A stretch of 64,000 nt of DNA from Octopus sinensis (Eukaryota): positions 9,052,001 through 9,116,000 of the forward strand of contig NC_043001.1 of assembly GCF_006345805.1 (NCBI RefSeq), read 5' to 3'. Under the pieces are notes generated by a model. That model did not search any database and was not told the DNA's origin. It saw only the letters and a list, made by a program, of their open reading frames with translations. Shown here piece by piece: positions 12,843 to 27,338 of the stretch (the stretch's first letter is position 1; each line of letters begins with the position of its first letter). The translations under genes and the position numbers were made by a program.

Positions 12843-12857
12843 ATTATTATTATCAAA

Positions 12858-12891
<34 letters not shown>

Positions 12892-12902
12892 TATTATTAT
12901 TA

Positions 12903-12941
<39 letters not shown>

Positions 12942-12955
12942 CATTATTATTATTC
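12843..12955. repeat. (ATT)n microsatellite
   Basis: Direct reading. Confidence 0.95.
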
Positions 12956-13309
12956 ACCAACGGCAAGTAACTTTAGTCAATGCTACAAATAATAATAGTA
13001 ATAATATTCGTCAGTGACATGGCTTTTGAAGTTAAAGATTCTCGGTGAATTTGCGAGAGGCCATCTCCTATGAATTAGTAGCACCGGATGAAACATTTAT
13101 ACTAACATTAAAGAGATACAGGTATAGATCTGTGTATTAAGAATAAATACTATTTTATTCAAAAACGTCCTATTATATACATTTCCTGCAGCTTATATTT
13201 GTTGTTCCATGCGCATGTTTCCGCCTAGATATGATTTTATACCAACGAATTATGTGAAGACATGGGTATGTAAAAGCATATTTTTGTAAACTTTATAACG
13301 TTTTATCTA

Positions 13310-13321
13310 ATATATATATAC

Positions 13322-13352
<31 letters not shown>

Positions 13353-13375
13353 ATATATATATATATAATATATAT

Positions 13376-13459
<84 letters not shown>

Positions 13460-13494
13460 GTATGTATGTATGTAAGTATGTATATATATATATA
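13310..13494. repeat. (TA)n/(TATG)n microsatellite
   Basis: Direct reading. Confidence 0.95.
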
Positions 13495-14011
13495 GGATTC
13501 GATTTTATTCTACAATAATACTAAATGTGTGAACTTTGTATTTAGAACTTTACAGAGCCAATGTAGAGGATTAAACCCAATAAAATCATAAATAACTAAA
13601 GCTAATTACACATTCACTGCCTGCAAACTTCATATACGTTTACCGTTCTTGTGAACCACTGACAGACAAAACAAACCCGTGACCTGAGGCTGACACATCT
13701 AAATATACACACTTGTTTACAAAGTTTTATAAGTATGAATAAACACTAAACAACAATATAACCCTAACTTTAATCAATAAAGAGTTTTCGTCAAAACATC
13801 TTTCCATCAAAACCCACACTACGAACCAGTTACCATTCACATGAGCCAACATAGTCTCCTGATGGCTTCGCTGGCTCAAACGTTGAAGTCAATGTCAATA
13901 ATGTTCTTACACTGTACAAAAGTGAGTGTGGAATAATCCTCCAGGTTAATGTAAAATTGTTTATATCATTACTGAATCTGAAAACAAATATAGATATATA
14001 TGTAGATATGA

Positions 14012-14070
14012 ATAGACAGACAGACGGACAGACAGAAAGACAGATAGATCGATAAATTGATAGATAGGTG

Positions 14071-14125
<55 letters not shown>

Positions 14126-14126
14126 G

Positions 14127-14222
<96 letters not shown>

Positions 14223-14252
14223 CTGATAGATATAGATAGATAGATAGACAGG

Positions 14253-14283
<31 letters not shown>
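14012..14283. repeat. (GATA)n/(GACA)n microsatellite
   Basis: Direct reading. Confidence 0.95.
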
Positions 14284-14605
14284 TTATCCATCGTGAAATA
14301 CGTATGGGCATTCAGTTGTTGCATCAACTCCGTTTACTTCTTCTAATTAACATACGAGGTGGCTGAGTATCTCTAAGAAGCATGTACCTATAATGAAATA
14401 TGTAACAAGTACCAATAATATGCAAATGAACAAGATACGTACCGTTCATCTGACAACGGTTTTCCGCGCGTTTCCCACTTCCGTATTTTGATCAAAACAC
14501 TCTGGCAAACAAGACTATGGTGATGCTTGCAGCGAGGGAGATTTACTTGGCGAAGAGAGGGTGGTAGAGGTAGTAATCGGTTGACTCATTTAGTCTAGTA
14601 TACAA

Positions 14606-15000
14606 GACGGCGAGCTGGCACAAACGTTAGCACGCCGAGCGAAATGCGTATTCGTATTTCGTCTGCCGTTACGTTCTGAGTTCATATTCTGCCGAGGTCG
14701 ACTTTGCCTTGCATCCTTTCGAGGTCGATAAATTAAGTACCAATTACGCACTGGGGTCGATGTAATCGACTTAATCCCTTTGTCTGTCCTTGTTTGTCCC
14801 CTCCGTGTTTAGCCCCTTGTGGGTTGTAAAGAAATAGATATTTCGTTTGTCTTTACGTTCTGAGTTCAAATTCCGCCGAGGTCGATTTTACTTTTATCCT
14901 TTCGGGGTCGATAAATTAGTACCAGTTGCGTTCTTGGGGCCGATCTAATCGACTGGCCCCCTCCCCCAAAATTTCGGGCCTAGTGCCTTGAGTAGAAAAG
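14606..15000 (+). mobile_element. SINE family A dimer with TSD
   Basis: Head + core + tail-1 + core + tail-2; 18-bp TSD ATTTAGTCTAGTATACAA (14588-14605) / ATTTCGTCTGGTATACAA (15001-15018). Confidence 0.9.
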
Positions 15001-15844
15001 ATTTCGTCTGGTATACAATTATGTCATAGAAAGAATTGAACTCAGAATGCAAACCGCTGGACCGAATGGTGCTAGGCAGATGGTCCGATGTTCTTTACAG
15101 TTTCCTTCAAACCCTAGAATATAAAGGATAGAATTTGAACTTACAGCGCTGAGAATCAGAACAAATATTGAAAATCTGCCGCCGTAATGGCTTGCCAACT
15201 ATTTAAGAGCAAGTCAAATTTAATAAACTCATCTCATTTGTGTAAAGATATGGAGATATTTTTAAACGGAATTTCCATGTACAAATATAAACCAAATCTG
15301 CATTTGGCTCACTGTTTAAAGAAAGCACGACTTTAAGTCTGAAGCAGTCCCTAAATGAATAATACATATTACACAGTTACCAGATTTGAGACATTTCGTT
15401 AGTAAATATTGGTAGCTTTTTTTAATCTTAAAAAAACAAGCATAAATATATATGGGTGCGTGTGGCTTGGTATGTGTCTTATATACATGTGAGTGTAAGC
15501 GGAATCGTCGTCGTAGTAATGAGCATATTTTTGCTAATTGATTTAGACGCCTGTAAGTCGTAAGCAATCACTGATATTCTACTGCCCTCCTACGCTTGAT
15601 TCAGCTGACATCGTGGTTGCGAGAGCTGGCGGAAGAAAAGGCTGCACCAGATATAAGTTGACGCATATTTTCAGCTGAATACAGTAGATTGAACGTATCT
15701 GTTGTTACTTATCATTAATTGATAATGCATAGAACAAAGGCGCAATCAGAAACACAGTTTTTTCAGAAGTTTTAAGACAAGATTCTGGTGGAAACGCTGC
15801 AATAAAACCAGGAATCCGGTGCAGAGACAATAGGTTTGATACTA

Positions 15845-16055
15845 GGCGGTGAGCTGGCAGAGACGTTATCGCGCCGGGTGAAATGCTTAGCGGTATTTCG
15901 TCTGTCGCTACGTTGTGAGTTCAAATTCCGCCGAGGTCGACTTTGCCTTTCATCCTTTCAGGGTCGATAAATTAATTACCAGTAACGCACTGGGGTCGAT
16001 GTAATCGATTTAATTCGTTTGTCTGTCCTTGTTTGTCTCCTATATGTTTAGCCCC
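15845..16055 (+). mobile_element. SINE family A monomer running into (TATC)n
   Basis: Head, core, and tail-1 truncated at TTTAGCCCC|TATCTATC. Confidence 0.85.
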
Positions 16056-16111
16056 TATCTATCTATCTATCTATCTATATACATACATACATACATAATA
16101 TATATATATCT

Positions 16112-16142
<31 letters not shown>

Positions 16143-16175
16143 GTATATATGTGTATGTGTGTGTGTGTGTGTGTA

Positions 16176-16325
16176 GTTGAAATTTGCAGAAAAACAAAAG
16201 GCTAAGACAGGTGTATTAGTTTGACGCTCAGGAAAGTGAAAAAATCTTTTACGTTTCGAGCCTACGCTCTTTAACAGAAAGGAACGCAAGGAAATCAATA
16301 GCGAAAGAATAAAAAACTTTTGGAG
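16176..16325 (-). mobile_element. Short Penelope-like terminal fragment with degenerate hammerhead motif (16246-16281)
   Basis: Minus strand CTTT-CTGTTAA-A-GAGC-gtag-GCTC-GAAAC-GTA-AAAG; homologous to 54950-55150; abuts (TG)n/(TA)n. Confidence 0.6.
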
Positions 16326-16435
16326 TTGTGTGTGGGGTGTGTGTGTGTATATAGGAGTTACATGTATTGTATATATAGGTAAGTAGATATATAGCAATTT
16401 ATAGGTAGATAGATACATAGATAGATATGCATGCA

Positions 16436-16488
<53 letters not shown>

Positions 16489-16656
16489 ATATACAATATA
16501 TATACATATATATACGTGTAAACTCATACACATAAACACGCGCGTGCCCAAACATACACGCACATATACACATACAAAAAAACACACACACACACACAGA
16601 CATGTGTGGAATTATTAATGGAAGGACAATAGCAAAATAAAAATGATTTATTTATT

Positions 16657-17363
16657 TCTTTCAGTCATTTGACTGCGGCCATGCTGGAGCACCACCTTCA
16701 TTCGAGCAAATCGACCTCAGGACTTATTGTTTGTACGCCTAGTACTTATTCTATCGGTTTTTTTGTAATGAGTTACGGGGACATAAACACACCGGCATCG
16801 GTTGTCAAGCGATATCTCGGGATCAAACAAACAAAGAAACATACACACACACACACACACACAGACGCAAACACACACACCACACAAACCACACACACAA
16901 CACACAACACAACACATATATATATATATATATATATGAATAAAAAATGGATTTAACGCAGGTTAAACAAGTATTTTACTTTCTACATATGTTTCAAAAA
17001 TTCCACTGATACTTATTCAAAAGAATAAAAGGTATAAACAATGCTTCTCTTCGGGAAAGTGAAAAAACGAAACTTGTCAATACGACATTTAGCAAAAAAT
17101 GATGGATTCGTATAGCGATAGACAGAACGCTATTAATATCGTTTAAAAAAACGTTATATGATATAACGTCATAAGTAGCTAACAGAAAGAGTATATATAT
17201 ACGACAGGCTTCTTTCAGATTCCGTCTAACAAATCCACTCACAAGTCTTAGGTCTGCCCGAAGCTATAGTAGAAGACACTTGCCCAAGGTGTTACGCAGT
17301 AGGACTGAACCCGGAACCATTTGGTTTGTAAGCAAGCTACTTACCACGCAGCCACTTCTGAGC
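16657..17363 (-). mobile_element. SINE family B split in its internal microsatellite by about 250 bp of other sequence
   Basis: 3' half at 16657-16870, 5' half at 17200-17363. Confidence 0.75.
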
Positions 17364-17778
17364 CAATATATAAAGATAATTTATAAAAAATCATAAGTAG
17401 ATGCAGGCTGGAATAACTGATTGAAATAAATATGGCAGGGAGTAGAGAAAGGAGAGAAAACTACAGTCAACAAATTTAGTAGTAGTTACATGTATTACTT
17501 GAAACCTTTCCATTCAGCTCCGTATTACTTCAAGTTTCGCAGGGTTTCAACAGGAACCTGACTACTTCGGGCTTTGGATTGCAGGGCGAAGAGGTATAGC
17601 CGTGCAAGATGGCTACCGTAAGTTGGGTTGCTATTGGATAAGCCGGCTCAGATGAGGCTTTAAACGAATATTGTTTTAAAAAAATATCAGTTCCCTAGCG
17701 ACAACAATTCCATTAGAAAGGGCTGAAAAGCTGGCAGCGTCATTGTGTCTGGATATGGCAGTTAGTGTGGTGTGTTTG

Positions 17779-17838
<60 letters not shown>

Positions 17839-18097
17839 GATATATATATAGATATATATATATACATATATTACATACATACATACGTACATACATATAC
17901 GTGTATATATGTACACATACGTACGTAATCACGCGCTCACAGACACACATGCGAAGCACAAATACATATACATACATGCATATACGAGATGTATGAATAC
18001 GTTGATGTGGTTGTAGAGGTGAACCTGTATGTGTCTGTGTGAGTGTGTGAACGTGTATGTGAATATGACTATGTGACTATACGTGCTTTTGTTATAT

Positions 18098-18142
<45 letters not shown>

Positions 18143-18385
18143 ATATATTATATGTATATGTATATGTATACACACACACACGCAAAAGATGTACAACATA
18201 AATACTTAAATGAATGTTTCTCTAAAGTCAGTGAAGCGAGAGTAAAGAACTGGTAGAAATTCAGTCAGCTATTTAAATGGAATGAAATGGAATGGAAAGT
18301 AAAAAGGATTTAAGCTAAACGTTGCAAGTGTCAAATGTCAGATTGTGTCTACATTCATGTTCGCAGAATTCTTTCATTTGTTTCA

Positions 18386-18485
18386 NNNNNNNNNNNNNNN
18401 NNNNNNNNNNNNNNNNNNNNNNNNNNNNNNNNNNNNNNNNNNNNNNNNNNNNNNNNNNNNNNNNNNNNNNNNNNNNNNNNNNNNN
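18386..18485. other. Assembly gap (100 N)
   Basis: Run of N adjacent to a (GATA)n tract. Confidence 1.
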
Positions 18486-18526
<41 letters not shown>

Positions 18527-18528
<2 letters not shown>

Positions 18529-18689
18529 GTTCTTTATTGGCCACACAGGGCTGCACACAGATGGGGACAAGTTACAAGGTAGAGCTTTTCTTTGGGGGAT
18601 GAAAGAACAAAAAACAAAGAAAAAAAAAGGGGTGGCGTAGGTTTTCGATCAAGAGGGATCGTAAAAGGGAAGAAAAGAACAAAAAAAAT
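18527..18689 (-). mobile_element. Probable 5'-truncated LINE 3' UTR inserted in (GATA)n
   Basis: Minus strand is pyrimidine-rich and ends TGTCCCCATCTGTGTGCAGCCCTGTGTGGCCAATAAAGAAC; (GATA)n on both flanks. Confidence 0.55.
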
Positions 18690-18705
18690 AGATAGATAGA
18701 TAGAG

Positions 18706-18784
<79 letters not shown>

Positions 18785-20011
18785 GTGATAGGTAGGTAGA
18801 TAGAGTGATAGATAGACAGATAGATGGACAGATGCATGGATGCATGCATGCTGAAATAGCAGTCAAAACCTCACTCTGAAGCCACGTTAAATGTTCATAT
18901 AGCACTAGGAGAGAAGAGAGAGAGACAAAATAATCTAGCAAAAAAATTTTACTGGATAATTCCAGATCCTGCATTTCTGGCTTTGCATAAGAGATGCTCT
19001 GGGTAGGCTTGTACTTATATATACATATATACATATACACACACATATAAGCATATGCAAATATGCAAATTATAGTGGAATTTTACTTGGATTTTGAATA
19101 AATAATTTATGTTAATATATAGCGATTGTTTCAATAATATATGAGACATAAAACGTCAGTGAATGCATTTTAGGAAACACCTCAGAGGGGCAGAATTCAC
19201 ATGGAGCGATATTTCTCAATCCTCCATGAAAGCCTTTTTGAGGAAATAGATTTGATATATAAAGTAATAATTAACAGTTTCAAATATTTGGATACTATTT
19301 TTTATGTAAAATTTAAAATTAGATTTTCTTTCCAAATAAAATATACATAAAGCGTAAAGCAGGGAATCGCATACACCGCAAAACCTGCTCCAATTGCAAA
19401 GAAATTTATAATGGTGAAAACGAAAATTTCATTCGTGAATGTGCAAGAATTTATTAATAACATATTGAACTAATGGAATTGCATAAAATCCCAACGAGTA
19501 AACATCTAGAAACATGCGGAAACAACAGACTGAATATATTTTAATTCTACGAATACCCAAGGGTTGATCCAAAATACTGGAAGGAAATGGAAACAGGTTT
19601 TTATCTTTTTTTTTAGAGTTTCCGCCAAAACGAAAGGTATAAAAATTATATTTAGGAAATTTTTATTAGGGAAAATTATTTTTTCCAGATGAAACAAACC
19701 AAATAATCACAGGATATTACTAACGAGAATTTTCTTGATAATATTACTAAAATTATTGAGATAATCAACTCTTAAACAATCAAAACTCACAAACATGAAC
19801 ACAAATATACACTTTTAAACGCTTTCTGAAACAACTTGGTGGATTCTATATCTAAGCAGCTATTGAAGAAATTTATTATTAGTGCAAGAGCTGACCTGTC
19901 ATCCATTCCGTTCTATAATTCATTGCAACTGGGAAAATGCTTGACCTCTTTTGACCAGTCATCTAATTAGCCATACCTGAAAACATTTCTTCATTTCCTA
20001 TAATCTTCTGC

Positions 20012-20063
<52 letters not shown>

Positions 20064-20065
20064 CA

Positions 20066-20117
<52 letters not shown>

Positions 20118-20149
20118 GATGATGATGATGATCATCATCATCATTATCG

Positions 20150-20220
<71 letters not shown>

Positions 20221-20270
20221 ATATCATTATATTATTATTATTATTATTATCATCATCATCATCATTATTT
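20012..20270. repeat. (ATT)n/(ATC)n microsatellite
   Basis: Direct reading. Confidence 0.95.
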
Positions 20271-20704
20271 ACTTATCTGACGAAGCCTCTAATGTACAAA
20301 CTTGTTACAAATTCAAAAATACTTGAGGCATATTCTAACGCGTCAGACATTCACTCTGTTTTGATGTGGAGGAAAATTTCTCATTGTAGAAAGATCGTTG
20401 TAAATACACCGAATCAGCTATCAGAAACTCCTAAACCAAAACTGTAGGATGCATGCACTTCGGACTGGTTAACTCCTCTTCAGCCACAGTGACCAGAAGG
20501 GCAGATGCTGTGAAATGTGTAAAAGTTAATCATACGCACACATTATATATTTGTGTATGTACGTATTTATATATTTACGTGTAGATAGTTATTTATTTGC
20601 AAATAATGGGAGGAGAGCTGCCAGAAAAAGTAATTCCGAGAGGATTATTAAACAAAGACGTTATATAATATTGAATAGGAAAGCTAAAACGTAACACTAG
20701 GTGG

Positions 20705-20867
20705 CGATGAGTGGCTGTGTGGTAAGTAGCTTGCTAACCAACCACATGGTTCCGGGTTCAGTCCCACTGCGTGGCATCTTGGGCAAGTGTCTTCTGCTAT
20801 AGCCCCGGGCCGACCAATGCCTTGTGAGTGGATTTGGTAGACGGAAACTGAAAGAAGCCTGTCGTAT

Positions 20868-20916
<49 letters not shown>

Positions 20917-21125
20917 TTGTGTGTCTGTGTTTGTCCCCTTAGCATTGCTTGACAGCCGATGCTGGTGTGTTTACGTCCCCGTCACTTAGTGGTTCGGCAA
21001 AAGTGACCGATAGAATAAGTACTGGGCTTACAAAGAATAAGTCCCGGCGTCAATTTGCTCGACTAAAGGCGGTGCTCCAGCATGGCCGCAGTCAAATGAC
21101 TGAGACAAGTAAAAGGTAAAAGAGA

Positions 21126-21127
<2 letters not shown>
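20705..21127 (+). mobile_element. Full-length SINE family B
   Basis: tRNA-like head GAGTGGCTGTGTGGTAAGTAGC..GGTTCAGTCCC, CORE-like block, internal (TA)n(TG)n, 3' stem-loop tail ending GTAAAAG repeats, then (TA)n. Confidence 0.9.
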
Positions 21128-21166
<39 letters not shown>

Positions 21167-22079
21167 AGATAACAATTGTCTAACACCGTTAGCTGTTACA
21201 TTCATCTCAATCAAGAGGACTTTCATAATTACAAAGTGATAACGTTTCACCTTTAGGCTTATATACAAATATTGCAATACTATCAGAATAACGATACAAA
21301 TGTATTCAAATATATCCCTAAGACAAAGACAATATTTGTTTAGCTATACTTTGCTGATAAAATCTAAATACAATTGTTATTGAATAGAAAACGTCTTCCC
21401 TCGACATACACAGTGTACGTTGATGAAGTTGTCGCGTACTCTGTTCAGTGCAGAACCTGTATTGCATGGTTCCATTATTATGGTTTCAAAGAGAATAAAA
21501 TCTGCTGGGAACTGCATCTCGCAGACATTCTGTTTCCATTGAAGTTTTCGTGTTGATCCACACTTGCCTCTTTAGCCTTCAGACAACTCTGTCAAATGTA
21601 AAGATGATTCGTTCACGTTGTTTTCAGTTAACCATACTTTATCCGGGAGCTTCCAGATTTTCATGATGTTATTGTTTATATCTGGAATCATATTATCGGA
21701 TATGTGTGAGAAGCCAAATTTGGCTGGTTTGAACAAAAAAAAAACCCAATTAAACTGATTCGGCCCATCACTACTAAACTCCTTTGGGGTTTCTCACATA
21801 TTTTAAGGTATCAACTGATTAAATCAGTCCTAATATACAGCTCTATCTATTATATTTTCCTCGGATAAAGAGGAAACTTACGCGGGGTGAGATTTAAATT
21901 CAAAACATATGGCCGGAAGGACATTTCACCATTCATTTAATCATTTCTTCCACATCTGATTTCTTGTAATGGTAACGGTACATAATATATGAATAGTTCA
22001 GAAGAAAATAAGATGTCTCAATTGTTCTGTTGTACTTTCTGCTGTTGTTGCTGTTGCTGCTGCTGATGTTGCCGTTGTT

Positions 22080-22464
22080 GTTGCTGTTGCTGTTGAGCGA
22101 ACGGTCTTCGTCCCAGAGCTCGCAAGATGGGAGAAGTCCGAAACGTGGTCCTTTGCTATTCGTAAGACCCGCAGAAGAGAAAGCAGGTCAACCCCCGACA
22201 CCGAGAGCATCGATGGATGGATGAATGCGCATCCAGGCTCAGCGGTTGCGAAGGAAGTCGGGGAGGACAAGAAACAGGAAGAAAGAGTGAGAGAAAGTTG
22301 GAGCGAAAGAGTACAACAGGGGTCGCCACCACCCCCTGCCGGAGCCTCGTGCAGCTTTAGGTGTTTTTGCTCAATAAACACACACAACGTCCGGTCTGGG
22401 AATCGAAACCGCGATCATCCGACCGCGAGTCCGCTGCCTTAACCATTGGACCATTGCGCCTCCT
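22080..22464 (-). mobile_element. SINE family C head with tail type C2 ending in (CAA/CAG)n
   Basis: Head identical in type to 27339; 3' 190 bp unrelated to tail C1; ends GACCGTTCGCTCAACAGCAAC. Confidence 0.85.
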
Positions 22465-23131
22465 GCTGCTGTTGCTGTTGTTGTTGCTGTTTCACTCATC
22501 AGTTTATACACATCAGACATGATCCAAAGTGCTCTAGCCGTGGCTATACAGTCTTATTTTCAGATACTGTAGGCAACTCTTTTCATTGCATTCTTTCCTT
22601 ACGACAACATAAGGAGATGAGTTTAAGAAAAAATTGGCTGCTATTTCGAGCAGGTTGAGCGAGCATGTAGACAGCCTCTTGTTCGCCATATGATACAACG
22701 TCAGCAACAGTTTAAATGAAAGAGTTTTAACACTGTACACTATTACAATAGATATTAACTGAACTGAGAAATGGATTTCGTTTGTTTATGAATTAATTAA
22801 ATATAACCTATGTCGAAGTGCAGGGTCTACACAAATAAACAAAGAATATACGACGCGTAGCCTGCTCCCCTCGAACGCGAAACGGAAATTGCCATTACAT
22901 TATGTCCATATAATATGATATATATAAAATATCAAAATATAATGTGTCGCTCATGCATAATACATAAGGGGCAATGATATACCCGTCTGAAGTACATTCA
23001 TGTGTGCTCATTAATAATCTACCTACGCTAAATATATTCATATAAGAATGGCGTCGACGACGCCGAGTTTGATAATAGCGATGACGGCTACGAAGAGGAC
23101 GATGGCAGCAATGCCACAATACTGCTCGTCG

Positions 23132-23140
23132 TGATGGGCG

Positions 23141-23199
<59 letters not shown>

Positions 23200-23275
23200 G
23201 TGGTGGTGGTGGTGGTGGTGGTGGTGGTGGTGATGATGATGATGGTGATGATGATGAGTATGATGCTGATGATGG

Positions 23276-23339
<64 letters not shown>

Positions 23340-23642
23340 GATGATTATGATGATGATGATGGTGATGAGGATGATGATGGGGATGATGATGATCATGATT
23401 ATGATGATCATGATGATTATGATGATGGATGATGATCATGATTATGATGGTGATGATGAGGATTGTTGATGATGCTGGATGAAAAATGATGATGATGATG
23501 ATGATGATGGTGTGGTGGTGGTGATGATGATGATGATGATGATGCCGATGATGATGATGATGATGATGATGATGGGGATGATGATGATGTGGTGGTGGTG
23601 GTGGTGGTGGTGGTGGTGGTGGTGGTGGTGGTGATGATGATG
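23132..23642. repeat. (GAT)n/(GGT)n compound microsatellite
   Basis: Direct reading. Confidence 0.95.
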
Positions 23643-24749
23643 AAAGTTAGGTTTATTGAAATAACTTCGCTGAATTTCAATCATTGGCTTGGCTTTACCA
23701 TACACTAGTTAAAAATATGTCTGTGTGTCAATATACATATATAAATACATATGTATATATGTGTGTGTATGTGTGTGTGTAACTTTGTATGTATATACCT
23801 TTGTATATGTGTATGATATATATATGCGAAAGCGTGTGCGTGTGTGTATGTGTGTATGTGTGCGTGTGTGTGATTACTTTGACTCTTTAGCCTCTGTTGT
23901 GATCTGTCTCTAATATTTTTAGCTAGTTCTGTTTTATGAGATATTACTGAATATTGTGGAGATCATTCTATTCAAGCTATGATTCAGACTCTGACCAGTA
24001 TTTAATATCATTCTGAATATTCTATTCATTAAGAAGATTAAATATTAATCTTCCTTTGTCAGTCATGGAAACCATTTTTATCTATATTGAAAAGATCTTT
24101 ACAATTCCCTTTTCCATAATCATTTATAGTTCTTTATTCAAAATTTCCCATTTTGGAATGATAAGATGACTTCACTCCGAACATTAAGTACTGTTATTAG
24201 AAATAAAAAATATAAATATAATTCATATATTTTATATGTAGGGAATTTTATAATTGGTTATCTTTCTTCTCTCCCCGAAATTAGCCACTAAAATTTCAGT
24301 AGTTAAACTCGGAATTCTTATATTTAGTGGTATTAAACTGTTCTTTTTGCAAATTCTGATGCAGTTTGATATTATTAGCGATTTATTGCTGTGACGAATA
24401 CGAGGATCGATAGAACTTTTGCTCATTTGGATCGATGGTTACAACGTGTGTTTGGAAAGCAGTAGTTTTCTGTGGCCTTACAACTTCGAGATAGACGGCA
24501 AATTGTTTATTATGAGGCAGACCGAAGTTTCTCAGAAGCTTGACCTATCACTGTTTGTGAAGCGGGGTTATTTTCTCAACCAGCTGTTTCATTTTAAGAT
24601 GTCAGATTCTGCGAAGCTGGAGACGGTTTGTTTTAGATATTGATCATCAATCGGCATTTCATTTATATCTATGTTCCTATTATTGACATCATTGCAAATG
24701 TAACTTTTATTGATGGTGATAGTTCATATTTTCTATTGCTGCTCGAATG

Positions 24750-24753
24750 TATA

Positions 24754-24842
<89 letters not shown>

Positions 24843-25338
24843 ATATATAATATATATATATATTTATATATGTATATATTTATATAATATAATATATATA
24901 ATATATATATATAGATATAGATTATTGTATATATATACATATATATACATATATAAACACTATATACATATATATGTATACATTCCGACATACACATATA
25001 TTCATACATATAAACTCATATATGTGTTTATATGGCTGTATATATGTGTATGTGGGTTTGTATGCATATATAAGTAACACAGCATATACCTATACATACA
25101 TATTTCGTGTTATTTGTCATTGTATTAAAGTGCACATATCTATGGAAAACGCTTATTTGTACGAATGTTCTATGATATATCTGTATCTCTTGATCTATCG
25201 CTCTATCTAATATTTTTCTCTTTCTCAATCTCTCTATCTCTCTCTCTCTCCATATATATATGTATTATACATACTTATATATATATATATATATGTATAA
25301 TATATATATATGTATATATATATGTATATATATATATG

Positions 25339-25382
<44 letters not shown>

Positions 25383-25475
25383 GTACATAGATATATATAT
25401 ATTTTAAAGGCGGTGCTCCAGCATGGCCGCAGTCAAATTACTGAAAAAAGTAAAAATAAAAATAAAAAAAATATG

Positions 25476-25514
<39 letters not shown>

Positions 25515-25645
25515 TAACGCACACGCAAATACATGCACAGACACTGATATATGTGTATATATATATATATAGATATATATATATATATATATATATTGTA
25601 TACACACACCACACAAACTAAGAACACGCAAATACATGCACAGAC

Positions 25646-25703
<58 letters not shown>

Positions 25704-26128
25704 GTATATAACGAAGTAAATAGGGCTTCGTGTGTGCAGAAATACGTTCGTGTCATATATTTACAAATACATTTAGCTGCGTAACTACACATGCGCATAA
25801 ATATTATAAATAATAAAGGCTTCCAGAACCCAGTAAGTCTCTTATCGATTTATTCATGAATATTGTAACGTTAGAAGAATGAAATATGTAAGCACTTTAA
25901 CAAGATACGTATGTCTGACAGATAAGTCGAATATTTGCTCGCCATAGTCTGCATCTTGCTAAAGTCAGGCTTGTTGTATGCCCTGTCAAGATATATAAGC
26001 AATAGCTGAAGCAGATAGGAACTAAATACTTCTAATACTTAATTCACTCAACCATGAATAGATATATATTGACATATATTTCAAATGTTCGTATATATGC
26101 ATGTATACGCATAAAGATAGAAATATAT

Positions 26129-26183
<55 letters not shown>

Positions 26184-26202
26184 CACATACACATATATAT
26201 AC

Positions 26203-26283
<81 letters not shown>

Positions 26284-26565
26284 TGTGTGTGTATATTCAT
26301 TTACACATATATAATTAAATATACATATGCATATATGTATATATATACATATATATACATATATATATATATATGTATATATACAATATAATATATATTC
26401 ATTTATATATGTGTACACCACACTCACACACACACCGACACACACACAGACACAACACACATATATATATATATATTATATATATATATTATATATATAT
26501 GTGGTGTGTGTGTGTGTGTGTGTAAATATATATATATATATATATATATAATACTATATATATAT
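24750..26565. repeat. Degenerate (TA)n/(CA)n-rich zone with an isolated SINE B tail at 25407-25465
   Basis: Direct reading. Confidence 0.85.
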
Positions 26566-27338
26566 GCAAGGGTATATGTGAGTGTATGTGTGTAAATTAA
26601 AAGTTATATTTTGAAAGAGCGAACCCCATTTATATCTTAGTATTCAACTTAAAGAGTGATAGATATTCCGCCGCTATCTGCCCTTTCTCTTGTATAGATT
26701 CTTTAAAAGCAAAGCTAGTTGTTCTATTTGCGTGGTGATTTATTTCACAGGTCAGACTTATATTTCCCCTCTGTTGTGTTTGTCGAATTTGTACAGTTTC
26801 TACCCCGGTGTGTTCAAAAGAAAAATTGTCTCTTTACGTATCTGCTGTAGAAATGAAACGACATTTTAAAGAAACAGAATCTTCTTCAGTATTACGAAAC
26901 GTGAATAATGTTTATTTAAAAATATTAGAATTTATTTTCTCATAACTTATTAAGAAAACCTGAAAATTCATTTGAATCAGCATATTTCGTCCAATTTCAT
27001 GACAAAGTTTCTCAAAATCTTAATAGAGGTTGAAAAAAAAATCTAGCCAGAAGCATTCTTAAAATCAGAGGTAAAGAGAAAGAAAAGAAAACGCTTTTAA
27101 GCAAACTGCATTCATTTGAGTGTGATGTGGCAGAATCTGTTATTTATATTATTTAAGCATGTTTCTATACACAAATAATGAATATTTAAATATGTAATAT
27201 AAATATATACTTAAGATACACACGCAAAAAAGATTTACTTATAATTTAATGACTTTGAGATATGATAAACTGGCAAAATTACATAACATTGCATATATCT
27301 CCAAGTAGTCATTCAGGCCAAGTGCATGTCATTAGATG

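Noticed and set aside
22120-22157. GCAAG-ATG-GGA-gaag-TCC-GAAAC-GTG-GTC-CTTTGC hammerhead-like shape
   Set aside because: The CUGANGA strand is missing and the motif is antisense to the SINE.
23038-23705. Poly-His, poly-Met and poly-Ile ORFs
   Set aside because: Translations of (GAT)n/(GGT)n microsatellite, open in several frames on both strands, with no splice or domain evidence.
24232-24643. Divergent short ORFs, one faintly like a Penelope N-terminus (RICKKNSLIP)
   Set aside because: Similarity too weak to support without a profile search.
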